Shown piece by piece: positions 1 through 8,723 of a DNA stretch of 31,136 nucleotides (within the stretch, counting starts at the first letter, position 1; every line of letters starts with the position of its first letter). The translations under genes were made by a program, and so were the position numbers. The notes below the pieces were generated by a model. It was not told the DNA's origin and ran no database searches. It saw only the letters and a list, made by a program, of their open reading frames with translations. This DNA comes from Candidatus Odinarchaeia archaeon (GTDB lineage Archaea > Asgardarchaeota > Odinarchaeia > Odinarchaeales > Odinarchaeaceae). The stretch lies in assembly GCA_029856525.1 (NCBI GenBank), contig JAHQXC010000005.1, positions 1 through 31,136 on the forward strand, in the 5' to 3' direction.

Positions 1-21
1 ATTAAACTAAGTTCTCTTTTT

Positions 22-405
22 TCAAGGGATTAAAAGCTTAACATACTCTATTCTACTACTGGTTCTGTAACGGTTTACAAGCTCTTTCACTCTTTCAGCG
101 TCTCCTTCTATTATAAATATTTCCAGGCATTTATTCTGTCTGGTTTGACTGTGTATTTGAGTGGTTATTATATCAGCGTATTCATGTTTTAACTGGCTTA
201 CAAAGTTTTCAGCTTCATGATCATGGATTAATAATAGAACTGAATGTATTCTCCCTTCTAGCTTTTCTTTCTCTAAACTATCAGCTATTAGCATTCTTAA
301 ACCAGCTCTTATAAGCTCTGATCTTCCAGTGAAACCTAATTCTTTCCGTAGTTTCTCTATTCGCTCTAATATCTCGTCGTTTAAGGATAAGCTGATTATA
401 GGCAT
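22..405 (-). CDS. NikR/CopG-family ribbon-helix-helix metalloregulator with NikR-type C-terminal metal-binding domain
   Basis: N-terminal RHH (IISLSLNDEILERIE...GFTGRSELIRAGLR). C-terminal domain KHEYADIITTQIHSQTRQNKCLEIFIIEG aligns with NikR QHxxHD...LHVHxxxxxCLE. Divergent from a metal ABC operon. Confidence 0.85.
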   Translation of the reverse strand: MPIISLSLNDEILERIEKLRKELGFTGRSELIRAGLRMLIADSLEKEKLEGRIHSVLLLIHDHEAENFVSQLKHEYADIITTQIHSQTRQNKCLEIFIIEGDAERVKELVNRYRTSSRIEYVKLLIP

Positions 406-448
406 AATTCAAACTATTATTAAGTTATTTATAAATTTACCTATAATT

Positions 449-479
449 ATTATTAACAAAATCCTTATAAGTTAATAAT
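449..479. promoter_or_regulatory. Inverted repeat ATTATTAAC-N13-GTTAATAAT enclosing a TATA-like element; candidate operator of the ABC operon
   Basis: Perfect 9-bp arms at 449-457 and 471-479. Spacer AAAATCCTTATAA contains TTATAA about 25-30 bp upstream of ATG 494. Confidence 0.5.
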
Positions 480-493
480 TTATAAGTGCTAAT

Positions 494-1363
494 ATGCTCG
501 ATAAGAAGATTCTAGCAGGGTTATTCACTATAATACTCGTCACCTCCACTGGTTTAGGCGCGTTCATCTTTCTGTTAAACCCGCAGGCCCCCTCATCCAG
601 CTCTAAAATACTGGTAGCCGTCACCATCCCCGTTCAATCTGAAATAGTGAATATGATCGGCGGTGAACATGTTCAGGTAACCGTTCTAGTCCCATCCGGC
701 GCGGACCCTCACTCTTATGAGCCGACTCCAAGCCAGCTTGCAGAGTTAAGTAAAGCTAAAATATACTTTTTCATCGGTTCAGGTTTAGAATTCGAGTTAA
801 CATGGTGGAATCAAATTTTATCCGTGAACCCTGATATAATACTGGTTAACGGAAGTGAAGGAGTTACTGTAATAAACAGGGACCCCCATATATGGACTTC
901 ACCTTTGAACGTGAAGATTATGGCGGAGAACTTTTATAACGCGATTATTCGAGTAGACCCGGCTCACAGAATAGACTACGAGTCTAATCTAGCCGCTTAT
1001 CTTAGAGCCCTCAGTTTTTTAGACGAGTATATTGTGAAAACTCTTAGCAATTACACTAACCGTGTATTTCTAATATTTCACCCCGCTTTCACCTACTTCG
1101 CTGAAGCGTATAATTTAACGCAGATAAGCATAGAAGAGGAGGGGAAACCTGTAACCCCTCAAACTCTTCAATGGGCTGTGGATAACGCTACTCTATATAA
1201 TTTAACTATAGTCTTCGCGTCTCCTCAATTCGACACTTCATACGCGGAAACCGTGGCTGAACAGATAAACGGACGCGTAGTGTTAATAGACCCGTTAAGC
1301 GAATATTACACTCTGACATTGATAAAATTTGTAGGCTATCTTATTGAAGAATTCGAGGCTTAA
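494..1363 (+). CDS. znuA: Zn/Mn ABC transporter substrate-binding protein (ZnuA/TroA family) with N-terminal membrane anchor
   Basis: Hydrophobic N-terminus. Metal-ligand motifs DPHSYEP, DPHIWTSP, FHPAFTYF and EEEGK. Confidence 0.9.
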   Translation: MLDKKILAGLFTIILVTSTGLGAFIFLLNPQAPSSSSKILVAVTIPVQSEIVNMIGGEHVQVTVLVPSGADPHSYEPTPSQLAELSKAKIYFFIGSGLEFELTWWNQILSVNPDIILVNGSEGVTVINRDPHIWTSPLNVKIMAENFYNAIIRVDPAHRIDYESNLAAYLRALSFLDEYIVKTLSNYTNRVFLIFHPAFTYFAEAYNLTQISIEEEGKPVTPQTLQWAVDNATLYNLTIVFASPQFDTSYAETVAEQINGRVVLIDPLSEYYTLTLIKFVGYLIEEFEA

Positions 1364-1373
1364 GGTGGTTTTA

Positions 1374-2132
1374 ATGACTGATGAAATTGTATCTTTACGT
1401 AATATCTGGGTTAAATACGACGGTTACAATGTTTTAGAGGATGTCTCACTTTCAATATTCGAAAACGATCTTATCGCTATCATCGGCGTGAACGGTGGCG
1501 GCAAATCCACGCTTCTAAAGGTTATCGCAGGCTTGGTTAAACCGTTTAAAGGCGAGGTTAAAGTTTTCAATAATAAACCGGAGAATGTGAGAGATCTTAT
1601 CGGTTATCTGCCTCAATATAGTCTTTTCGATTTAAACTTTCCTATAACGGTTTTAAACGTGGTTTTAACAGGTTTACTGGGCAGACGCCTTCTATTAAAA
1701 AGTTATTCGCGAGAACATGTGCAGGCTGCTTTAGAAGCGTTGAAAACTGTGAAAATGACTGGGTTCGAGAATAGACCGTTAAACTCTCTGTCCGGAGGTC
1801 AAATCCAGCGCGTTTTAATAGCTAGAGCCATAGTTAAAAAACCTAGACTGCTACTTCTAGACGAGCCTACATCTAGTCTCGACCCAGACATGCAGAATTC
1901 TTTTTACGAGCTGCTTTTACAGCTTAAAAAAGATATGAGCGTGGTAGTCGTCTCCCATGACATCGGTGTTATCTCATCTTATGTTGATAAGATGGCTTGT
2001 CTGAATAAACGTCTATACTACCACGGGCCTGTGGAAGGGGCTTTAAAGACTCTTCAAGAAGTCTACCAGTGTCCTGTTGAACTTATAGCTCACGGTATAC
2101 CGCATCGAGTTTTAGAGAGGCATGAAAAATGA
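1374..2132 (+). CDS. znuC: Zn/Mn ABC transporter ATP-binding protein
   Basis: Walker A GVNGGGKST, signature LSGGQ, Walker B LLLLDEP, H-loop SHD. C-terminal CPVELIAHGIPHRVL is typical of this family. Start moved from 1344 to ATG 1374, which follows an AGGTGG SD. Confidence 0.92.
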   Translation: MTDEIVSLRNIWVKYDGYNVLEDVSLSIFENDLIAIIGVNGGGKSTLLKVIAGLVKPFKGEVKVFNNKPENVRDLIGYLPQYSLFDLNFPITVLNVVLTGLLGRRLLLKSYSREHVQAALEALKTVKMTGFENRPLNSLSGGQIQRVLIARAIVKKPRLLLLDEPTSSLDPDMQNSFYELLLQLKKDMSVVVVSHDIGVISSYVDKMACLNKRLYYHGPVEGALKTLQEVYQCPVELIAHGIPHRVLERHEK

Positions 2133-2950
2133 TATTTGAAATTTTCGCTTACAGTTTTATGCGAAACGCGTTAATCGCCGCGATTATGGTTAGCGTAACC
2201 TGCGGTGTTGTAGGCACGCTTATAGTTTTAAAGAAGCTTGTTTTCATGAGCGGCGGTATATCTCACTCCGCTTTCGGTGGGATAGGATTAGGCTACCTAC
2301 TTGGTTTAAACCCTGTGTTAGTTGCAATCCCCTTCAGCTTAGCCGCATCTCTCACCATAGGATTGATAGGTAGAAGAGCGCGTGTAAGCGAGGATGTCGC
2401 TATTGGAGTACTATGGGCTGTAGGTATGGCTTCAGGTATAATATTCGTGAATTTAACTCCAGGATACGCTCCCGACCTTTTCAGTTATCTTTTCGGTAGT
2501 ATTCTAACCGTTCCGGTTTTTGATTTAATGATCATGTTCATATTGAATATGGTGATTTTAACAGTATTCCTCCTCTTTCATAAAGAATTCTACGCGATAT
2601 CATTCGACGAGGAATTCGCAACCGCTTCCGGTGTCCCTGTGAAACCGTTATATTATGCTCTACTAGGTATGATAGGCCTCAGCGTTGTAATACTTATACG
2701 CGTAGTTGGAATCATACTCGTTATAGCTCTTTTAACAATCCCCACGGTGATCAGCATGAAATTCACTCATGGAATAATAAAACTAAGCTTTGCGTCGTCT
2801 ATTACAGGTTTAATATGCACGATCACAGGGTTATTTCTCTCATATATTTTTAATTTAACCTCCGGGGCTACTATTGTCATGGTTTTAGCCGCTGCCTTTT
2901 TAATCTCCACTCTGATTAAACGTTTAAGAGTCCCTAGAAAAAAGCTTTGA
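2129..2950 (+). CDS. znuB: Zn/Mn ABC transporter permease (ABC-3 family)
   Basis: GISHSAFGG and YLFGSIL motifs, multiple TM segments, ATGA overlap with the ATPase gene. Confidence 0.92.
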   Translation: MIFEIFAYSFMRNALIAAIMVSVTCGVVGTLIVLKKLVFMSGGISHSAFGGIGLGYLLGLNPVLVAIPFSLAASLTIGLIGRRARVSEDVAIGVLWAVGMASGIIFVNLTPGYAPDLFSYLFGSILTVPVFDLMIMFILNMVILTVFLLFHKEFYAISFDEEFATASGVPVKPLYYALLGMIGLSVVILIRVVGIILVIALLTIPTVISMKFTHGIIKLSFASSITGLICTITGLFLSYIFNLTSGATIVMVLAAAFLISTLIKRLRVPRKKL

Positions 2951-3027
2951 AACTAATAAATCTTATAAACCTTTTTTTATTTTAATCATCTAATTAACAT
3001 ATTTCTCTATTATTTGAGGGTTCAGTA

Positions 3028-4944
3028 TTGTCTGATGAAACCGGTGCTCTTAAAAGAGACATAGGCTGGTATGGTTCGTTTGCTATGGGCTACGCGGATG
3101 TAGGCGCCGACATCTACGTAGCGCTCGGTCTTGTCGCATTCTACGCTGCAGGAGGCTCTCCTATAGCGTTCGCTATAGCTGCAACAACCTATGTGTGCAC
3201 GGGTTTAGCTTACGCTGAGCTTGCCACCGCTTATCCTTATGCAGGCGGCGCTCACGTCTACGCTATGAAAGCGTCGAATGATCTTTTAGGTTTCATAGCC
3301 GGCTGGGCTGTGATGTTAGATTACACTGTGAACATCGCGCTTTTTTCTCTAGCCACTTCAGGCTACCTAACTTTCTTCTTCCCAGCTCTCAGATATCTCT
3401 CACTAGATCTTAGTGTAATAGGTTTACCTTTCTCCATACCATATTTAGGGCTGATATCTTTCACTATCGTCATCTTTCTTATAATAATAAATATTATAGG
3501 GATTAAAGAGTCATCCACTCTTAACGTGATCTTAGTTACATTGAATATTCTAGTTTTATCAATGATCTTTTTAATGGGTTTAATACTAGCTTTTAACATC
3601 GGTGTCTTAGTGAATCAAATATTTATTTTAGGTAATCCTGTTCAGCTACCGAATGTCTCTTATATTTTCAGCTCAGACTACCAGTTTCAAAACTTTCTTT
3701 ACGGCGTAACTATTGCGATGTCTTCTTTCATAGGAATAGAGTCTATAGCTCAAGCTGCTGAAGAAACTAAGAAACCTTATAAATGGATTCCGAGAGCTAA
3801 TAAGCTTTCCATTCTAGCTGTGATCGTATTCGCGCTAGGGCTTTCAACTATTGGAATGGGTGTTCTCCCATGGAATGTTTTAGGATATTCGAAAGCTGAT
3901 CCTATGGCTACGCTAGCCTCCGCTATCCCGGTTATCGGACAGTTCATAGCTCCTTTAGTCGCGGTCACAGGGTTCGCTATATGCCTTGTATCCACTAACA
4001 CCGGGGTTATAGGAGTTTCCAGAGTAGTCTACTCTATGAGTCGCTTCAACCTCTTCCCTAAATGGTTTTATACCACTCATAAAAATTTTAAGACTCCATA
4101 TAAAACTATCATCGTATTCGGTTTAATCGGCGGCTTTCTGACAATGACTGGAACCCTTGAATTAATCGCAGACTTATATAATTTCGGAGCTCTTCTCTCC
4201 TATTTAATAGTGAATATCTCCCTTATCATACTTAGAAATCAGGACCCAGGCGCATACAGGTCTTGGAAGATACCAGGGGAATTAAAAATTAAATGGCGTG
4301 GTAGGAAAATTATAATTCCACCTATAAGTGTTTTCGGCGCTTTTATGTGCGCGGCTATCTGGTCTCTTATCATCTTATATCATCCGGAGGGTCGTCTTCT
4401 AGGAGCCCTGTGGATTCTCATCGGACTCTTAGGGTACACTGTTTACCGTATTAAGAGAAAACTGCCTATTCTATCTAAGGAGACAGGTAAAACAATTAAG
4501 CCGAGCGGTTATAATATGCATGCGGTTATCCTACTTCGAACACCGGAAGACGAGGAGAAAATCGTGAATATTATTAAAGAAGGCTTAGATAAACGTTTCT
4601 CAATAACCCTTTTAACAATACTCGACCCTGAAGATTATGGTTTACCTCCTGATAAAGTTGACTCCATTCTCGAAATGAAGAAATTAGAGGATGAAGTCTA
4701 CTCTGAGCTCTCCTCAATCGCTAATAGGCTGCAAAAACTAGGCTACCAGGTGAGTGTTAAAATTAGAATAGGATCATTTAATCATATTGTTATAAGCGAG
4801 CTTGAATCAGAGGATAACGATACTTTAGTCTTCATAAAGCGGAGATTATTTAAAAAAGACTTTAAAAAAGACTTTGATGAGTCAACTATTTTATATGTGA
4901 CGAGTAAATATCCTGGTAAAGTAATGGTTTTAAGGAGAGATTGA
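3028..4944 (+). CDS. APC-superfamily amino acid permease with C-terminal soluble USP-like domain
   Basis: Many TM helices. APC motifs YAELATAYPYAGG, GIESIAQAAEE and SRVVYSMSR. Hydrophilic C-terminal alpha/beta domain of about 140 aa. TTG start. Confidence 0.85.
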   Translation: MSDETGALKRDIGWYGSFAMGYADVGADIYVALGLVAFYAAGGSPIAFAIAATTYVCTGLAYAELATAYPYAGGAHVYAMKASNDLLGFIAGWAVMLDYTVNIALFSLATSGYLTFFFPALRYLSLDLSVIGLPFSIPYLGLISFTIVIFLIIINIIGIKESSTLNVILVTLNILVLSMIFLMGLILAFNIGVLVNQIFILGNPVQLPNVSYIFSSDYQFQNFLYGVTIAMSSFIGIESIAQAAEETKKPYKWIPRANKLSILAVIVFALGLSTIGMGVLPWNVLGYSKADPMATLASAIPVIGQFIAPLVAVTGFAICLVSTNTGVIGVSRVVYSMSRFNLFPKWFYTTHKNFKTPYKTIIVFGLIGGFLTMTGTLELIADLYNFGALLSYLIVNISLIILRNQDPGAYRSWKIPGELKIKWRGRKIIIPPISVFGAFMCAAIWSLIILYHPEGRLLGALWILIGLLGYTVYRIKRKLPILSKETGKTIKPSGYNMHAVILLRTPEDEEKIVNIIKEGLDKRFSITLLTILDPEDYGLPPDKVDSILEMKKLEDEVYSELSSIANRLQKLGYQVSVKIRIGSFNHIVISELESEDNDTLVFIKRRLFKKDFKKDFDESTILYVTSKYPGKVMVLRRD

Positions 4945-4945
4945 A

Positions 4946-5212
4946 ATGACGGTTGAAGTTATTATCAACATATATGTTATATCCGAGAAAATGGATTATG
5001 TGGTGGATAAACTTAAACTTCTATCTGAAGTAGTAGACTTATACGAGGTTACAGGGGAGTCTGATATAATCATACTAGTTAGAACAGAGGATATAAACAG
5101 CTTCCGAGAGTTTCTGAAAAACAGATTGATGAAAATCGACGGTGTTAGAAGCACTGTGACATCTGTAGTCCTACACAAGCATAAACGTGAAGGTGTCGTA
5201 ATAGAGGTTTGA
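4946..5212 (+). CDS. Lrp/AsnC ligand-binding-domain-only protein (no HTH)
   Basis: 88 aa with YEVTGESDIIILV and IDGVRSTVTSVVL, the AsnC_trans_reg pattern. Confidence 0.85.
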   Translation: MTVEVIINIYVISEKMDYVVDKLKLLSEVVDLYEVTGESDIIILVRTEDINSFREFLKNRLMKIDGVRSTVTSVVLHKHKREGVVIEV

Positions 5213-5217
5213 GTTAA

Positions 5218-5673
5218 ATGAACGTGTCTAAAAAAACTAGAATTCTCCTACCTGTCTCAACAAGAATTAACAGAGAACTCTTATTAAAAGGATTTGATAT
5301 ATTGAAAAGTTTAAAAAACCCTGATTTAACCATTTTCCATGTAATTGAGCTTCCTGTAACAGCTTCACTAGACATTTTAGAGCATAATAGAATCGTTCAA
5401 GAATTACAACAACAGTTAACTCCTATTATTAAATGGATAGAAGAACAATCTTTTAAAATATCAAGTAAGATCGTGGTTGCCCGTCATATATCTGAGGCGA
5501 TCGTGGAGGAGGCTAACAGCGGAGACTATGATCTGGTGGTTTTATCGAAAAGAGAGCCTCCTAAAGGTTTAAAACGAATATTTTATAGAAGCCACTCAGA
5601 TTATGTGACAGGTAAAATCAACTGTCCAGCTCTCATACTCGTGGATAAAAAATACTCGTCTTCAAGACTTTGA
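5218..5673 (+). CDS. Universal stress protein (UspA family)
   Basis: ILLPVS, TIFHVIE and AIVEEANSGDYDLVVL...SHSDYVTGKINCPALIL match the USP fold. Confidence 0.85.
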   Translation: MNVSKKTRILLPVSTRINRELLLKGFDILKSLKNPDLTIFHVIELPVTASLDILEHNRIVQELQQQLTPIIKWIEEQSFKISSKIVVARHISEAIVEEANSGDYDLVVLSKREPPKGLKRIFYRSHSDYVTGKINCPALILVDKKYSSSRL

Positions 5674-7059
5674 CAAGCTTATGAAAGGCGACGGTATCCG
5701 CCCTCCCCGCTGAATCAACTTCGATGATTTAAACCTACTAACCTCCATAACAGGAGCTCTTCCAAGTAAACCTCCATAGTCAACCCAGTCACCGGGCTTC
5801 TTACCGTAAACAGGTATAAGTCTAGCTCCAACCGTTTTACGATTGATAACTCCGAGAGCTATAATATCTCCTATTAGCGCAGCGATAGTATCCGGGCTTG
5901 TATCCCCAGGTATAGGGATCATGTCAAGACCTGTAGAGCAGACGCCGCTCATCGCTTTTAAATTATCTATCGTTAAAGCGCCTTCACCGGCTGCTTTAGC
6001 GATGACATCATCTTCTAAAACAGGTATGAAAACCCCGCTTTGACCTCCCACATATTTCGAAGCCATACTACCGCCTTTCTTTAACGCATCAGCTATAATC
6101 GCGATAGCTAAAACACTTCCAGGAGCTCCGAAGCACTCCACCCCCATACTCTCAACTATACCGCCGACACTGTTACCACCTTCCGGTGAAGGGGCTAGTG
6201 AAAGATCTACCCCCCCGAAATCAACTTTCATTTCTTCAGCTATCCTTCTCCCGATAAGCTCTCCTGCTCTGGTAACCTTGAAACTGGTTGACTTAATAGC
6301 TTCAACAACATCTCCAAGAGATGCAGCTTCATCTAAATTATTTAGCACAGAGTGAACTACACCGGGACCGCTTATACCAACAGTTAGAGACACGTCGCTG
6401 TCCCCTATACTATGAAATGCACCAGGCAGGAATGGGGTTCCCTCAGCCGCATTAGCCATCACCATAAGCTTCGCACAACCTACGCTGTTCTTATCTCTCG
6501 TATGGTAGGCTACATCTCTGATTACACCGCCCATTCGCTTAACCATATCCATGTTTATACCGCTCTCTGTTGACGCAACATTGACGAATGAGAAAACTCT
6601 CCCTGTAGTGGATAGTACAATGGGTAAGCTTTCTATAAGCGCTTCATCCGCTGCAGACGCCCCTCTGTGAACAAAACACGAGTAGCCTCCGATATAATCA
6701 ACCCCCGCGTCGACAACCGCTTTATCAAGGGTTTCAGCGATTTTTAAACATACTTTAATTCTTGCAGAATCATTCTCCCCCTTTAATAGGCTTCCAAGTA
6801 TTATGGAGATAGGGGTGACTGCGATACGCTTATTAACTATCGGAACACCGTATGATTTCTGAACCGTTCTACAGCTTTCATCAAACTGTTTAGAATAAGA
6901 CATTATCTTATAATATATTTTATCGCATGTCTCCTCGACGCTTCCAGTAATACAGTCTAGGAGGCTGATGCCTAAAGTAGCAGCTCTGATATTAAGCTTC
7001 TGCAGTGTGATCATCTTAATAGTTTCGATTATCTCCTCTGTATCCAGTAAAACAGGCAT
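5662..7059 (-). CDS. DUF711/UPF0210 (PFL-like) family protein
   Basis: LNIRAATLGISLLDC, PIVNKRIAVTPI, GISGPGVV, VDLSLAPSP and CSTGLDMIPIPGD are characteristic of UPF0210. Paired with an upstream ACT protein. Confidence 0.9.
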   Translation of the reverse strand: MPVLLDTEEIIETIKMITLQKLNIRAATLGISLLDCITGSVEETCDKIYYKIMSYSKQFDESCRTVQKSYGVPIVNKRIAVTPISIILGSLLKGENDSARIKVCLKIAETLDKAVVDAGVDYIGGYSCFVHRGASAADEALIESLPIVLSTTGRVFSFVNVASTESGINMDMVKRMGGVIRDVAYHTRDKNSVGCAKLMVMANAAEGTPFLPGAFHSIGDSDVSLTVGISGPGVVHSVLNNLDEAASLGDVVEAIKSTSFKVTRAGELIGRRIAEEMKVDFGGVDLSLAPSPEGGNSVGGIVESMGVECFGAPGSVLAIAIIADALKKGGSMASKYVGGQSGVFIPVLEDDVIAKAAGEGALTIDNLKAMSGVCSTGLDMIPIPGDTSPDTIAALIGDIIALGVINRKTVGARLIPVYGKKPGDWVDYGGLLGRAPVMEVSRFKSSKLIQRGGRIPSPFISLSKS

Positions 7060-7071
7060 TTTTTAAGCCTC

Positions 7072-7359
7072 CTAAACCCTGTGTAGGAATTTAAAAATCT
7101 CCTCTTTAAGCGCGATAAGTGTAACCCCTGTCTCCTCCTCCTTCTTTTTAAGAATGTTTTTAAGCTCATCATAACTTATCTTCGAATTACTCATATCCGC
7201 TATCATTATCATAGTGAATACAGGGGTTCCGGATTGAAGGATCGTGGAGCGCATATCCTCTATGTTAATATTGTTTTCAGCTAGTATATTAGCCACCATA
7301 GCAACTATCCCGGGGCGGTCAACCCCGACAACGGTTATAACAATTTTTTCCTCACCCAT
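7072..7359 (-). CDS. Stand-alone ACT-domain protein (UPF0237)
   Basis: VITVVGVDRPGIVA...NINIEDMRSTIL...FTMIMIAD. Start moved to ATG 7359, which follows a GGTGA SD. Conventional partner of DUF711. Confidence 0.9.
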   Translation of the reverse strand: MGEEKIVITVVGVDRPGIVAMVANILAENNINIEDMRSTILQSGTPVFTMIMIADMSNSKISYDELKNILKKKEEETGVTLIALKEEIFKFLHRV

Positions 7360-7455
7360 TAAACTCACCGGTAAACCAGCCAGTTAACTCATTAACTGAT
7401 TAAGTATATAAAAATATTTTAATACCATTGCAACCTTGATTCTTATGGTGGTTTA

Positions 7456-8697
7456 ATGTCTTATGTGAATCTTAACCTCCAAGTTGATAGCGAAAAATAT
7501 GTTATAGCAGATTACACTCTTGAAAGCGATCTGCCTTTAGAGATTGCAGCTGAGAAATTAGCGGCGGAGGAGAGCACAGGTACATGGACGGAAATCTCCA
7601 CGACTAATACTAAAATAGTGGAGGAGCTTGGAGCTAAAGTCTTCTATATTGATAAATCGAAAAACTTTGTTAGAGTAGCCTACCCGCTAGACGACTTCAG
7701 CTGGGATATAGGCGGTGTTCCTCAATTTCTAAGCGTGGTTGCAGGTAACTTCTTCGGTCTAGAACAGTTGAAGAACGCTAGATTACTGGATGTTCATCTT
7801 CCAAAACAGGTTATTAAATTATTTAAAGGCCCGAAATTCGGTTTACACGGTGTTAAAAAACTTATGAACTGTGAGCATAAGCCCTCTATAGGTGGAACAG
7901 TTAAACCGAAAATAGGTTTACCTCCTAGAAAATACGGGGAACTCGTTTATCTTTTCGGTTTAGGTGGTTTAACCGCGGGTAAAGATGATGAAACCCTGGT
8001 TAACCAAAGATTCTGCCCGCTTATAGACCGTGTTATAGCTGTGAGAGAGGCTATAGATAAAGTTAAAGATGAAACAGGTCAAAGCATGCTTTACTCTGTC
8101 AACGTGACCACGCGGGTCGATCAGATATTAGAAGTAGCTGATAAAGTCATCAGTCATGGAGCTAACCAGCTTTTAGTGGATGTGATAGTCGCTGGCTTTA
8201 GTGCTGTTCAAGCATTAGCTGAAGACGCGAGTATAAATGTACCTATCCACTGTCATAGAGCTATGCACGCAGCTTTCACAAGGAATCCTAAACATGGAAT
8301 ATCTATGAAAGTGATAGCTAAGCTATGCCGTTTAGTAGGCGGGGATATACTTCACGTGGGAACATGGGGCGTCGGTAAAATGCATGGTGAAGCTGATGAA
8401 ACACAGATATACGCGGACGCGATAACCCAGCCGATGGGTCATCTGAAACCGATGCTTCCTATGGCTAGCGGGGGGTTACATCCAGGTTCAGTGGAGGCTC
8501 TCGTTAGAAGAGCCGGCGTGGATATTCAGATACAGGCCGGCGGGGGGATTGCAGGACACCCTGACGGAGTGTTAGCCGGGGCTAAAGCTCTGCGACAAGC
8601 CGTCGACGCAGCTGTACAAGGGATCCCCGTTGAAGAATATGCGAAAACTCATATAGAGCTTAAAAGAGCCTTAGAACACTGGGGGGTTGTGAGATGA
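7456..8697 (+). CDS. rbcL: Ribulose-1,5-bisphosphate carboxylase, archaeal form III-type
   Basis: AAEESTGTWT, AGNFFG, KPKIG, KDDE, HCHRAMH, HVGTWGVGKM, ASGGL and AGGGIAGHP. All the usual catalytic residues are present. Confidence 0.93.
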   Translation: MSYVNLNLQVDSEKYVIADYTLESDLPLEIAAEKLAAEESTGTWTEISTTNTKIVEELGAKVFYIDKSKNFVRVAYPLDDFSWDIGGVPQFLSVVAGNFFGLEQLKNARLLDVHLPKQVIKLFKGPKFGLHGVKKLMNCEHKPSIGGTVKPKIGLPPRKYGELVYLFGLGGLTAGKDDETLVNQRFCPLIDRVIAVREAIDKVKDETGQSMLYSVNVTTRVDQILEVADKVISHGANQLLVDVIVAGFSAVQALAEDASINVPIHCHRAMHAAFTRNPKHGISMKVIAKLCRLVGGDILHVGTWGVGKMHGEADETQIYADAITQPMGHLKPMLPMASGGLHPGSVEALVRRAGVDIQIQAGGGIAGHPDGVLAGAKALRQAVDAAVQGIPVEEYAKTHIELKRALEHWGVVR

Positions 8698-8723
8698 AAT
8701 TTTTTAACCGCTAATATAAGCTG

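Noticed and set aside
7456-8697. Possibility that the RuBisCO is a form IV RuBisCO-like protein
   Set aside because: KPK, KDDE, HRAMH, the loop-6 Lys, SGG and GGG motifs are all retained, and the gene lies with R15P isomerase and AMP phosphorylase.
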